Shown here: piece after piece, positions 36,642-46,107 of the stretch
Position numbering within the stretch: the stretch's first letter is position 1
Layout: every line of letters starts with the position of its first letter
Assembly (NCBI GenBank): GCA_016928835.1
Contig: JAFGJW010000006.1
Coordinates: 180,191-244,190 of the forward strand
Source of the DNA: Candidatus Woesearchaeota archaeon
GTDB lineage: Archaea > Nanobdellota > Nanobdellia > Woesearchaeales > GW2011-AR15
DNA length: 64,000 bases
Direction: 5' to 3'
The notes under the pieces: generated by a model
What the model saw: only the letters and a program-made list of their open reading frames with translations
The model's database searches: none
Told to the model about the DNA's origin: nothing
Program-made: the position numbers and the translations under genes

Positions 36642-37336
36642 CTAAAACCACCATGTTCATATTCTACTAATTCTTTATTTATGTCTCGGTTAAAAAATCT
36701 TACTATTTCTGGGTAGATAGCTTTCCACAGCCTTGAAACAAAACCTATTTTCTCAATTCTTCTGGGAGAGGTACAGATATAAAGATTGTGAATCACCCTA
36801 AACCTGCCGTATTTTTTAGCCCTGAGTGCATAATCATTTTCTCCTCCGTGTGTAATATTAAGTCTAAACCCGTTAACACAATAAAATATTTCCTTTTTTG
36901 AAAAGAAACACTGGCCGTGAACATGAGTATAGTGTTTCTGGAAAAGAAATACCCCTAAATTCTTAAGCAGATAAAAAAGACGTATAGAGAATTTATTTGA
37001 GCAAGGTCTAACAAAGCATGTTGCTAAATCAAGATTCTGCTTCTTAATACACAAGAAAAATTCTTGAAGAAAATTTTCTGGCAGGATGTCATCTGCTTCC
37101 AAGAATAAAATATCATATTTTGCCTTTCTTGCCCCGGCATCTCTGCCTTTATTTGGGCTTCCGGTACGCAGAATAACACTACAACCATAGTTACGAGCAA
37201 TTTCTCTTGTTTTGTCTTTTGAATATCTATCAGACACTATTATCTCATAGTTTTTGAAAGACTGTTTTTTTATAGATTCAAGCAGCAAGGGCAAATATCT
37301 TTCTTCATTAAAAGTTGGAATCACAATACTTATCAT
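36638..37336 (-). CDS. Family 2 glycosyltransferase
   Basis: ISIVIPTFNEERYLPLLLESI and LEADDILP (DxD-type). It overlaps both neighbours by 4 nt. Confidence 0.8.
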   Translation of the reverse strand: MISIVIPTFNEERYLPLLLESIKKQSFKNYEIIVSDRYSKDKTREIARNYGCSVILRTGSPNKGRDAGARKAKYDILFLEADDILPENFLQEFFLCIKKQNLDLATCFVRPCSNKFSIRLFYLLKNLGVFLFQKHYTHVHGQCFFSKKEIFYCVNGFRLNITHGGENDYALRAKKYGRFRVIHNLYICTSPRRIEKIGFVSRLWKAIYPEIVRFFNRDINKELVEYEHGGFR

Positions 37337-37896
37337 AGTTGCTCCTTTTTAATACCAAGGCAATAACCAATATATGAGAAGCTGATGTTAAGCAAAGGTG
37401 CGGTTAGTAATAAAAACAAGATATCTAGCAAATAATACCTTACTTTAATCCATGTAAAAATGATAACGCCTATTACATAATCTATCTGATCAAATGGGAA
37501 CCATGGGGCCCCTGGCTTTATATTTAGTCTTCTTTTAACAAAGCTTTTTAAAGAATCTCCAAAGAGGGCACCAAATCCCATTAGAAAACCAAATAACATA
37601 ATATTAAGTTTAGAGTAATCAAGTACGCTAGCCATTTTAAAAAAGGATATTGAAAAGAGAGCTCCTTGGCAGTAAACAACAGCTATTGCTGTTAATATAC
37701 CAAAAACAAAGCCCCTGATTGTCTTATTTTTACCTAAAAGTCTATTGCCGTTTAATTCAATATTAAAATCAGCAGGACAGTCTAATATATTCAACTTTCC
37801 GACGAGCATAGGCGCCATATTTGCACAATAAGCTGGCAGCATCAACCACAGCAATTTAAATATTCTCATCAAGTTAAGTTCACAAATAAAATTCAA
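37333..37896 (-). CDS. carS: CDP-archaeol synthase (CarS, DUF46 family)
   Basis: LWLMLPAYCANMAPML and LLGKNKTIRGFVFGI match the CarS pattern (PAY.AN..P ... G..KT.RG). Confidence 0.65.
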   Translation of the reverse strand: MNFICELNLMRIFKLLWLMLPAYCANMAPMLVGKLNILDCPADFNIELNGNRLLGKNKTIRGFVFGILTAIAVVYCQGALFSISFFKMASVLDYSKLNIMLFGFLMGFGALFGDSLKSFVKRRLNIKPGAPWFPFDQIDYVIGVIIFTWIKVRYYLLDILFLLLTAPLLNISFSYIGYCLGIKKEQL

Positions 37897-37911
37897 TAAT
37901 TATTAATTTTA

Positions 37912-38808
37912 CTATTTGATCTGTCTTCTCCAGCTGTCAAAATAGCCTGCTCTTCTTACACAGCCGATTGTACATTGTGCGGAGCAGGGTTTAGGGGCAT
38001 AAAATTGTGTTCTAAGATCTTTGATAGTGTAATCAATAAGTGGTTTTTTTAATTTGTTTCTCTTCTGCGAGCACCATTCAACATTGCCGAATTCATCAAT
38101 ATAGAGGTATCTGCTGCCTGCTCTGCATTTGAACCTAGCTTTCCCATTTTTAACCAGCTTTTTCTCAAAACACACAATGTCCCACCAGGGCTTATTTCTT
38201 GGCAAGGCAAAAACCTTTGTGCAATCTTCTCTCTCATAAGCATCAAGACACATCTGGCCTTCACCATCATGTTTTATTCCGTAGGTCTGGAATAATCCAT
38301 TGTTAAAACAATACTCAGTTAATCTAATGCTCTGCCCAATATTGCCTGCCCCCAGCACTGTGTTAACAACAACCTTAAATCGCGCGAAGTGTTTTAAAAG
38401 CAGTAATTTTGTTTCCAATTGTTCTAACGATTTTCTTGATTGTTTATTCTCGCTTACAAAATCTATACTTATTTGAAGCATGTTTAAACCAAGACCATTA
38501 AATTCTAATATTTTTTTTTTAGTTAAAAGGAAACCATTGGTTATTATACCCACAACAGAGATATTTTTTTTTGCTATCTTAATAATCCTCATAATATGCT
38601 CATGTAGTAAAGGTTCTCCTCCTGTCAAAGTAAGAGACCAAGTACCAAGTTTTTTTAGAACAGAAATTTGTTTTGCAATCTGAGACATTTTTACTGGCTT
38701 TGTGTTCTTGTCAAACTCATTACAGTATTCACATGCTAAATTACATTGCCGAGTAATAACCATCTGTACATTAAAGGGAGCAAATAATATCCTTTCAATA
38801 AAATTCAT
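37912..38808 (-). CDS. Radical SAM enzyme with a C-terminal SPASM/twitch-like Cys cluster
   Basis: CNLACEYCNEF is a CxxxCxxC motif and LTLTGGEPLL follows. The C-terminal cysteines are FKCRAGSRYLYIDEFGNVEWCSQ...PCSAQCTIGCVRR. Confidence 0.8.
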   Translation of the reverse strand: MNFIERILFAPFNVQMVITRQCNLACEYCNEFDKNTKPVKMSQIAKQISVLKKLGTWSLTLTGGEPLLHEHIMRIIKIAKKNISVVGIITNGFLLTKKKILEFNGLGLNMLQISIDFVSENKQSRKSLEQLETKLLLLKHFARFKVVVNTVLGAGNIGQSIRLTEYCFNNGLFQTYGIKHDGEGQMCLDAYEREDCTKVFALPRNKPWWDIVCFEKKLVKNGKARFKCRAGSRYLYIDEFGNVEWCSQKRNKLKKPLIDYTIKDLRTQFYAPKPCSAQCTIGCVRRAGYFDSWRRQIK

Positions 38809-38887
38809 ATTTGTTTCAAATAATTTTTAATATATAAACTAATTGAAATAGAGAAAATTTAAAAGCAGTTAGATATTTGAGTTCAGT

Positions 38888-39355
38888 ATGAATACTCCAC
38901 TTCATTTTTTGATAAATTATCTGGTGATTCAGCTGTTTTTAAAAAATGCGAATGAATATTTGTTGCCAATTGCATTTTTTTCAATGATCCTTGATTTAGA
39001 CCATATCAAATATTGGTGGGTAAACAGAAAAAAGGTTAAACAGATATTATTTTCAGAAGGAGTTGATTTTAAGAGCAGAAGCGCTGCCCACGAGTTAATT
39101 GGTTTTGGATTAATTGTCTTAATTGGGGTGTTTGGTTTTCTTTATGCAAACGACAAATTGCTTGTAGTAATAATTGTCTCCTGCCTTTGCCTGCATATAT
39201 TACTTGACTTTTTAACTGGCTCTGCGAGACCATTTTACCCGTTCTCAGGAAAGGTTGTGAAATCTCCTTTCTATATAGAAAAATGGAGAAATAGAGTTAT
39301 CTTTGAGGCAGTATTAACCATTTTCATGGGTTTTATATTTTATTCAAAGTGGTAA
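38888..39355 (+). CDS. Membrane-bound metal-dependent hydrolase-like protein (DUF457/YdjM-like, tentative)
   Basis: 4 hydrophobic helices with His/Asp residues at the helix ends (LDLDHIKYW, AAHELIGFG, CLHILLDFLTG). Confidence 0.45.
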   Translation: MNTPLHFLINYLVIQLFLKNANEYLLPIAFFSMILDLDHIKYWWVNRKKVKQILFSEGVDFKSRSAAHELIGFGLIVLIGVFGFLYANDKLLVVIIVSCLCLHILLDFLTGSARPFYPFSGKVVKSPFYIEKWRNRVIFEAVLTIFMGFIFYSKW

Positions 39356-39436
39356 GATAAGAAAACAAACTAGAGTTTTGTATAAAAAAATTTAAATAAC
39401 CTGTTGCTAAAAAATATATTTTAGATTAAAAATGAG

Positions 39437-39874
39437 GTGGTCAAAATCCAGCAGGCAACTGATGAACTTAGGCAAATAGATGATGTGTTGTTTGATGAAT
39501 TTCGCGAAGTGAGTCAATTTGAGGCAGAATTATTTACTCTGGAATACGAACTTGATGAGGAACAAAGACTTGTTGCGAAACTACATAATTCATGTCGTAC
39601 AACAATTATTACAATAAAGCATTTGCATTCGTTTCTGAGAAAGATGCACAAATCCAGGGAGGACAAATCCGTACCTGTCTTAAAGGATATGATAAAGAGA
39701 CAGTTAGCTAACCTAGACAAAGATATAGATGAGATTATGTCCAAGATGGACCAACTTTTCAATGACGAGAAGGCTGGAGAGAAGATGGTTGAGTATTGTA
39801 AGAGGGTTGAGACAATACTTCGAAACAAGATTAAGACATTAAAGGAGAGATTTGAGGCTATTGAAAAAAGCTAA
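39437..39874 (+). CDS. Coiled-coil hypothetical protein
   Basis: A 145-aa helical Glu/Lys-rich ORF with a GTG start. No family was recognised. Confidence 0.4.
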   Translation: MVKIQQATDELRQIDDVLFDEFREVSQFEAELFTLEYELDEEQRLVAKLHNSCRTTIITIKHLHSFLRKMHKSREDKSVPVLKDMIKRQLANLDKDIDEIMSKMDQLFNDEKAGEKMVEYCKRVETILRNKIKTLKERFEAIEKS

Positions 39875-40025
39875 AAATACGGCAGCCGGGACTTTCAAAG
39901 CCATGAGTTTGCGCAAAGACTATTTGAACCCGGATAACGACCTTTCTTCAGGTATATGGGAGGGTCATATCATGCCATTAGATCACTGCCGTGCAATTCT
40001 TGCTAAGAAAAATTGTTCTAAGTAT

Positions 40026-41018
40026 TTAATGCTTGCTCTTCCAGTTCCAGGGCAGTCCAAAATAAGATAGTACAATAAGACCAATTGCTGTTCTAAGGAT
40101 GTCTTTTATTCTAATAAGCAGACTAATTGCCAGGCCGACTTGGCTTGGCAGCTTAAGCAAAGATAGTGTAGACACCTGACCAAACTCAAGGACACCAAGT
40201 GCTAGGGGAACTGGCATTACATATGAAATAGCTACTGAGCTTAGAATAAGGAAAAGCCGGTGCAATGGAGTATTGTAACCCAACATAAGCAAGGCAGATT
40301 TATATTCTACATACATAAGTGACCATAATATCAGCTGAATAAGGACAATTTTAATAAAAACTCTCTTGTGATTCTTAAAAAAATCAATCATGTCTTTTTC
40401 TATCACTCTAAGGTCCTTTTCAAATTTGGAGGTAAATTTTATTTTATTTAGCCTTAATGATCTGAAAAGACTTGTGAAAAATGGAAGACCTCTTAGCAAC
40501 CTGTAATAGAAGCAGAAAATTAATAGCAGAGGTATTAACCCAATTAAGATACACAGAATTCGCAAAAGAGGGTCAAATTCAAGGTTGATGAGCAAAAGTA
40601 AGACACCGATAGAGCCGAAGAAAGTATCAGTAACAAGTATTAGAGATTTGTCAATAAGTATTGAAGACAGTGCAGTTTTAAAACTCATATGATGCCTTTT
40701 TAATAAAAGAGCTCTTACAGGCTCGCCGCCAAGATGCGCCTGGGGGGTTATATACCCAACTGCATATCCGGCCTCCTTGTACATTAAGAGGTTGGCAAAT
40801 GGAACAAACCGGTTCTGCTCTTTTAGTATAACATCCCATCTCACCACCAAGAAGATTTCAATTAGAATAATTGCAGCCAGATATACTGCAAGAACTTGCC
40901 AGGTAATGTTCTTAAAAATCGCTAAGACTTCCTTAATATTTATCTTAGTATATAAGAAAAGGAGCACCAAAACACCAATTAATGTTGATACAATGATTGA
41001 TACGCTATTTTTCTTCAT
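40026..41018 (-). CDS. Flippase-like membrane protein (UPF0104 / lysylphosphatidylglycerol synthase TM-region family)
   Basis: About 8 TM helices, and the segment GYAVGYITPQAHLGGEPVRALLLKR resembles the conserved loop of this family. Confidence 0.6.
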   Translation of the reverse strand: MKKNSVSIIVSTLIGVLVLLFLYTKINIKEVLAIFKNITWQVLAVYLAAIILIEIFLVVRWDVILKEQNRFVPFANLLMYKEAGYAVGYITPQAHLGGEPVRALLLKRHHMSFKTALSSILIDKSLILVTDTFFGSIGVLLLLINLEFDPLLRILCILIGLIPLLLIFCFYYRLLRGLPFFTSLFRSLRLNKIKFTSKFEKDLRVIEKDMIDFFKNHKRVFIKIVLIQLILWSLMYVEYKSALLMLGYNTPLHRLFLILSSVAISYVMPVPLALGVLEFGQVSTLSLLKLPSQVGLAISLLIRIKDILRTAIGLIVLSYFGLPWNWKSKH

Positions 41019-41096
41019 AATTAGGGTATAAAGAATGATAAGTTATATAAAAATCTTGATAGATTCACAGAGAATATATAAACAAGGTGACTAGAT

Positions 41097-41102
41097 AAAA
41101 AA
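41097..41102 (-). terminator. T6 tract directly after tRNA-Arg
   Basis: The minus strand reads ...CAGGCGCG-TG-TTTTTT. Oligo-T tracts are the usual archaeal termination signal. Confidence 0.4.
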
Positions 41103-41104
41103 AC

Positions 41105-41247
41105 ACGCGCCTGATGAGACAATCACTACACGCTCCTACTCCATTGGTAAGCCGTTATAGATTCGAACTCACGACCTAATGCTCTCTTCTTTTCATTAGG
41201 AGGCATTCGCTCTTTTTGGCAGATGTATCCAAACTGAGCTACAGGCG
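41105..41247 (-). tRNA. tRNA-Arg(CCU) interrupted by three putative introns (D-loop, anticodon loop, T-loop)
   Basis: The minus strand reads GCGCCTG-TA-GCTC-AGTTTGGATA-[catctgccaaaaa]-GAGC-G-AATGC-CTCCTA[atgaaaagaagag]A-GCATT-AGGTC-GTGAG-TTCGAAT-[42 nt]-CTCAT-CAGGCGC-G. All four stems pair only after removing inserts of 13, 13 and 42 nt. The mature length would be 75 nt. Confidence 0.75.
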
Positions 41248-41295
41248 CATGCAGAAATAGAAAAAATCTTATCTTAAAAACATTTCTTAAAAAAT

Positions 41296-42570
41296 ATGGA
41301 AAAAGTGAGTATTGGTATCTCAACAACATCAATGGGCAATGGCCACCTGATGAAAGCTTTTGCTGTTGCTGGTGCATTAGAAGAGATTAAAGAGAGGATA
41401 TCAGATTTGATTGACATAGAATACAAAGTCCTTGACGAGAAGGATTATTTTCATCCTTTTATGAGGTACAATAAGAGGTTTGTTGAGACAGTAAACAATC
41501 TAATCTCTAATTATGTCCCTTCAATATACAAGAGGATGACATTAAAATCAAATATCAATTTAATTAGGTTCTCTGAAGATTTGTTTAGAAAAATAAATTT
41601 TATGTCAAGACCTCTAAAGCTATATGATATCATAATCTCAACATATCCTCCTCTTGAGAGAATAGCCAAAATAGATAAGAATACGAAAATAATAAGACTG
41701 CTGCCTGATATTTTTGGTCACAGTTTTTACTTTATAGATACGTCTTCTAAATCCATTTATGTTGTTCCTGACAGTGGTTTGAGGTCACGGATTTTATCAG
41801 GTGGAGAGCCATATCTTGATAAATCGTTGATCCCCCGTAAAGAAGATATTTTTACTGCCGGCATCTTTGCCAGTAGGGAAAATTATCATAGCATTATAAA
41901 TAATAAACTCAAAGAAATGTTAAAAAAGAAAAAGCTAAACATCATGCTGCAATTGGGTGGTGCAGGCGCACAGCAGGATATATATATATCCACACTTGCA
42001 AAGATCAATCTAGAAAAGATTTCTCCATTATATGTTGCACATTCTAATAGAAAATTTTTCAACAGGCTTCTCAAAGAGGGCTACAGACTTGGATTAATGA
42101 GTAAAAAAGAGATAAGTCCAGCTATTAAGGAGCAGAAAGGGCTCTATAAATTTAATTCTGGAATAAGCATATTATATCATAAGAACAGGAAACTGGCAGT
42201 ACAGCTTCTGGAAAGGGAAAAATCAAACAATATCCTTAATGTTGTTAAGCCCGGAGACGTTACAAGCGGTTCAATTCCGCATTTGCTTCTCCCACCTATC
42301 GGAACTCAAGAAATTGAAAATGGGAATTGGGCTGTAGAAAAGGGTTTTGCCAAGTGGATTACAAATAAAAAATTGAGTGAAAAAGAATTGGGAGAACTGG
42401 CTGCAGAAACAATAAACAGAATTACCACAAGTGAGATTGAAGAGATGCATCTCAACTTAAAGAAGCTGGACCATAGTGGTGCTTATAAGACTGCAGCCAG
42501 GGCAATAGTAATGACAACCCCTAATAGGAATGTAAAGAATAGACTCTCAAGCTTTCTAAGCCTCAGCTAA
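41296..42570 (+). CDS. GT28-type glycosyltransferase (MGDG/diglucosyl-diacylglycerol synthase-like)
   Basis: N-terminus IGISTTSMGNGHLMKAFAVAGAL (compare S.GGGH). The C-terminus KPGDVTSGSIPHLLLPPIGTQEIENGNW corresponds to the P.pGQEe.N motif. Confidence 0.65.
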   Translation: MEKVSIGISTTSMGNGHLMKAFAVAGALEEIKERISDLIDIEYKVLDEKDYFHPFMRYNKRFVETVNNLISNYVPSIYKRMTLKSNINLIRFSEDLFRKINFMSRPLKLYDIIISTYPPLERIAKIDKNTKIIRLLPDIFGHSFYFIDTSSKSIYVVPDSGLRSRILSGGEPYLDKSLIPRKEDIFTAGIFASRENYHSIINNKLKEMLKKKKLNIMLQLGGAGAQQDIYISTLAKINLEKISPLYVAHSNRKFFNRLLKEGYRLGLMSKKEISPAIKEQKGLYKFNSGISILYHKNRKLAVQLLEREKSNNILNVVKPGDVTSGSIPHLLLPPIGTQEIENGNWAVEKGFAKWITNKKLSEKELGELAAETINRITTSEIEEMHLNLKKLDHSGAYKTAARAIVMTTPNRNVKNRLSSFLSLS

Positions 42571-42712
42571 CTCTCTTCATCCCATAAAGGGACTACTCCA
42601 TGGGTTCTTCATTGGCTATTTAGGCTTTTTCATTATGTAATATTGACTTATTTTTATCTTTTTCTAACTAAAAAGCTTTAAATAGTAGTTAGTCTATGAT
42701 AAATATAAAAAA

Positions 42713-43174
42713 ATGGTGGCTTTTGTTCCTGTTGCTGTTGGCTCTGTTCTCGGGATTGCGCTTGGCAGATACAGCTATACTAAAATCTTTAATAAAAAAG
42801 AGATAGATGTTCATCTTGATTTAAGATTTAATAAAAGAACAGAATTTCTAAAAAATTTTTATGATGATGTACACTCTTTTGTTACAGATGTAGTTTGTTA
42901 TACTGCAAACAGCGAACAGCAAGAATTGTTAGACAGAATGGAACACAACTATTTTAAGTTCATTGCATATTATCAGCCTCTTTTTAAGTTGTATTTTAAT
43001 GACACTAATCTTAGAAGGTATAGTAAAAATATGGTTAAACAGATCAAAGGCATTCACAAGAGACTGCCTTCAGCAAGCCTAAAAGATATTAGACAGAGAA
43101 TAGAGATTATCTCCCAAAACTATCAGCACCTCCATGACAAGATCATGGATACTGAAATGCTGCTATGGATATAA
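42713..43174 (+). CDS. 153-aa membrane-anchored helical protein (paralog pair, copy 1)
   Basis: N-terminal TM helix VAFVPVAVGSVLGIALG followed by a helical domain. It shares MEHNYFKFIAYY with FEQNFSKLTYFY in the next gene. Confidence 0.5.
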   Translation: MVAFVPVAVGSVLGIALGRYSYTKIFNKKEIDVHLDLRFNKRTEFLKNFYDDVHSFVTDVVCYTANSEQQELLDRMEHNYFKFIAYYQPLFKLYFNDTNLRRYSKNMVKQIKGIHKRLPSASLKDIRQRIEIISQNYQHLHDKIMDTEMLLWI

Positions 43175-43175
43175 A

Positions 43176-43637
43176 ATGTTTGACGCAATATACACAAGCT
43201 TCGGTGCATCGTTTTTTATTTCATTAGGTGCATTTCTCCTAAATTCCAAGATAAAATCGCTCAAATTTGATAGGGAGAAAGCGAACAAAGCAATTTTGAG
43301 ACGTGTGGAGCTTTTAGAAGATATAATTAGAACAACAAATTATTTTAGTCTTGATGCTGTAAAAATCATAAATCAAAAAAGTGAGGTGCCTCATGAAACC
43401 AAGGAGAGGTTTGAGCAAAACTTTTCAAAATTAACCTACTTTTACAATACAGACTATGCTTCCCTCGGTCTTGATGGATTGGAACCGAAGATAAGGAAGA
43501 TTCTTGATAATGCGATAGAAGCTCATAGCAAAATCATAAATATGTCAACAGAGCCTATTGATATAAATAAGATATTAAATGAGTGCTGGGCATTAACAGA
43601 TAAGATTAAAAATGAGAACATTCTGTTTAAGAGGTGA
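43176..43637 (+). CDS. 153-aa membrane-anchored helical protein (paralog pair, copy 2)
   Basis: The ATG at 43176 lies 1 nt after the previous stop. It has the same length and architecture as copy 1. Confidence 0.5.
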   Translation: MFDAIYTSFGASFFISLGAFLLNSKIKSLKFDREKANKAILRRVELLEDIIRTTNYFSLDAVKIINQKSEVPHETKERFEQNFSKLTYFYNTDYASLGLDGLEPKIRKILDNAIEAHSKIINMSTEPIDINKILNECWALTDKIKNENILFKR

Positions 43638-44461
43638 AAAAATTGAGCCAGGATCTATTTTATGATGTTGAAGAAAAATATGCCTTTTGGCTATCCACCG
43701 GGAAAAAAATTAGGAACCTAAAAGAGCTGATGATCGAGCTCCAAATCAATGGCCAAAATTTTTTTAACAACCACGTAAATGATAGTAAAAATGACTTTGC
43801 CAACTGGGTAAGAGATATTTTTAAGGACCATGTCCTCGCCAACAAGTTATATAATACAAAAGACCTAAAGAATACAATTGATATCCTCTACGTATGGATT
43901 AATGTTCCTAAACCAAAAAGCTTGAATTTTGACAGAATCTCTGTCTTACTAAGAGATCCTCCTTTTTCAGCTGCATATTATTTCCGAATGCTGGGAACCA
44001 AACACATTATGCTTAACATCCCAACTGAGTCTCTATTGGTATATGAAAGCAGACCTAATTTGGAAAGTATTTCAAATTTTCTCAAGGAAAAATCTTTTGT
44101 TACAAGAGACATAGTGGAAAAGAGTGAGATAAGTGAAAATATTGTTTTTGAGCCTGCTTTAAATGCACAAGAAAATCTGGAGAAACAGGAAGCTTCAAAA
44201 GATGCTGAAAAGGCAGAACTAGTTGAGGATACTTCATTATTTCAGTATATTGAGCAGATGAATACTGTCAACAGCAGCTTAAATGACCTCCTTGAGAAGC
44301 AAAAAACAAATCCAATGCACTATTATGACCAACTGCTCTTGGAAGTACCAAAACCAAGTAAGAATATCTTCACGAATTTTTCTGAGTTCGTTATAGCACC
44401 AATAAAAGAGAAGTATAGCAATTTCAAACGAAAACAGATGAATAAAAAATTTGTAAAATAA
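43634..44461 (+). CDS. Hypothetical protein with a DUF5752-like N-terminus (tentative)
   Basis: The GTG start overlaps the upstream stop (GTGA). FWLSTGKKIRNLKELMIELQ...HVNDSKNDFANWVRDIFKDHVLANKL resembles my recollection of DUF5752. Confidence 0.45.
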   Translation: MKKLSQDLFYDVEEKYAFWLSTGKKIRNLKELMIELQINGQNFFNNHVNDSKNDFANWVRDIFKDHVLANKLYNTKDLKNTIDILYVWINVPKPKSLNFDRISVLLRDPPFSAAYYFRMLGTKHIMLNIPTESLLVYESRPNLESISNFLKEKSFVTRDIVEKSEISENIVFEPALNAQENLEKQEASKDAEKAELVEDTSLFQYIEQMNTVNSSLNDLLEKQKTNPMHYYDQLLLEVPKPSKNIFTNFSEFVIAPIKEKYSNFKRKQMNKKFVK

Positions 44462-44491
44462 TTTTTATATTCTATGTAATTCTTTTCTTAT

Positions 44492-45481
44492 ATGTACAAA
44501 GTAAAACAGATTCCTGAGGATTTTATTGTTAATGAAATCTCAGCTACTAAGGTAAATAAGTCGGGCAGATACACTTATTTTAAGTTAGTGAAGAGAAATT
44601 ATACAACTGAGCGTGCAATCCAGACAATTGCGACTGATTTTCAAATTCCCAGAAAATGCTTTGGCTATGCCGGGAATAAGGACAAGCATGCTATAACTTC
44701 TCAGTTGTGCTCTGTTCTCGGACAAATAAAAACTCGAACATTGAAGGATATAGTTATTGATGTTCTTGGTTATGGAAATGTGCCAATATCACTTGGTGAT
44801 TTAGAGGGAAATCAGTTTAAAATTATTGTAAGAAATACTAAAAATAGCCCAACTCCAACTGATTTCATTGTCAATTATTTTGATGAGCAGAGATTTTCAA
44901 AAAATAATGTTCATATAGGAAGAGCAATAATTAGAAAAGAGTTTAAAAAGGCAGCAGAAGCCATCGATAACAATATTGTTAAAAAGCACCTTGAAGAATA
45001 TCCAAATGATTTTATTGGCGCAATAAAAAAACTTCCACACAAGACACAGACAATTTATATTAATTCTTATCAAAGCTATTTATGGAACAAGGTGGTTGAA
45101 TTATACATAAAAAGATATTTTAAAGATTATTTTACTGTAAAGTACTCGCTGGGTGAGTTTGTGTTTTTAAGATATAAAATAAAGAATTTTACAATACCTC
45201 TAGTTAGTTTTGATAGTGAATTTAGAAATCCCAAGGTGAGGGCCATTTACAACACACTATTAAAAGAAGAAAATATTGTTCTGAGGGATTTTATCATTAG
45301 GAAAATTAATTGGCTAACGCCGATGGGTTCTGAAAGGCCATTAATATCCGAGGTAAAAAACTTAAAGATATCTGATTTGCTAAAGGATGAGTTAAATGAA
45401 GGGATGAAGAAGGCAGTTGTTGAATTCTTTCTTCAAAAAGGGAGCTATGCCACAATAGTTATAAGGAAAATTTTTTATTAA
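44492..45481 (+). CDS. truD: tRNA pseudouridine synthase TruD/Pus7 family
   Basis: PEDFIVNE and FGYAGNKDKHAITSQ (the catalytic GxKD motif). Confidence 0.8.
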   Translation: MYKVKQIPEDFIVNEISATKVNKSGRYTYFKLVKRNYTTERAIQTIATDFQIPRKCFGYAGNKDKHAITSQLCSVLGQIKTRTLKDIVIDVLGYGNVPISLGDLEGNQFKIIVRNTKNSPTPTDFIVNYFDEQRFSKNNVHIGRAIIRKEFKKAAEAIDNNIVKKHLEEYPNDFIGAIKKLPHKTQTIYINSYQSYLWNKVVELYIKRYFKDYFTVKYSLGEFVFLRYKIKNFTIPLVSFDSEFRNPKVRAIYNTLLKEENIVLRDFIIRKINWLTPMGSERPLISEVKNLKISDLLKDELNEGMKKAVVEFFLQKGSYATIVIRKIFY

Positions 45482-46106
45482 TATTTAGTAGCTCACATAA
45501 CCTGGAATGTATTTCTTTAATAGAAGGAGAAGCATCAATATTTGTTAAAATATTTTTTCTTAAATAATACTCTATAAGGGGTTTTGTCTTCTTTTGGTAT
45601 TCTTCCAGCCTTTTTTTTACTGCTTCTGGTTTATCATCAGGTCTCTGGAAAAGTTCTCCACCGCAGTTATCACAAACTCCCTTTTTTTTGGGTGGGTTGA
45701 AGTTAACATGATAGCTGGCCTCACAATTCATACAAGTTCTTCTTCCAGAGATACGTTCAACGATTTCCTCCTCTTCAAGTATTAAGTTGATTACAATATC
45801 TATCTTAGCAATAGCCTCGAGGAACTCTGCCTGATTAACTGTTCTTGGATACCCATCAAGGATAAAGCCTTTTATGCAGTCTTGCTGCTTTACCCTCTCA
45901 GCAACCATTTCATTAGTCACATTGTCTGGAACCAACTGGCCCTTGTCCATATAATCCTGGGCAAGTTTACCTAATTCAGTTTTGATCCTTATGTTCTCTC
46001 TAAAGATATCTCCAGTTGATATTTGCGGGATATCGAGTTTTCCAGATAGGAGCTGTGCCTGTGTGCCTTTCCCAGATCCGGGCGGCCCTAATAATATCAG
46101 TTGCAT
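45459..46106 (-). CDS. adk: Adenylate kinase, bacterial long type with a Zn-binding lid
   Basis: P-loop LLGPPGSGKGTQA, ILDGYPRT, and the lid CMNCEASYH...CDNCGGEL. It overlaps the truD 3-prime end by 23 nt (convergent genes). Confidence 0.9.
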   Translation of the reverse strand: MQLILLGPPGSGKGTQAQLLSGKLDIPQISTGDIFRENIRIKTELGKLAQDYMDKGQLVPDNVTNEMVAERVKQQDCIKGFILDGYPRTVNQAEFLEAIAKIDIVINLILEEEEIVERISGRRTCMNCEASYHVNFNPPKKKGVCDNCGGELFQRPDDKPEAVKKRLEEYQKKTKPLIEYYLRKNILTNIDASPSIKEIHSRLCELLNINKKFSL

Positions 46107-46107
46107 T

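Noticed and set aside
39852-40070. A 72-aa + strand ORF between the coiled-coil gene and the flippase-like gene.
   Set aside because: It overlaps both neighbours, has no signals, and its composition is typical of out-of-frame translation.
41126-41377. An 83-aa ORF on the minus strand.
   Set aside because: It overlaps the tRNA-Arg gene and the start of the GT28 gene, and its sequence is explained by the tRNA.
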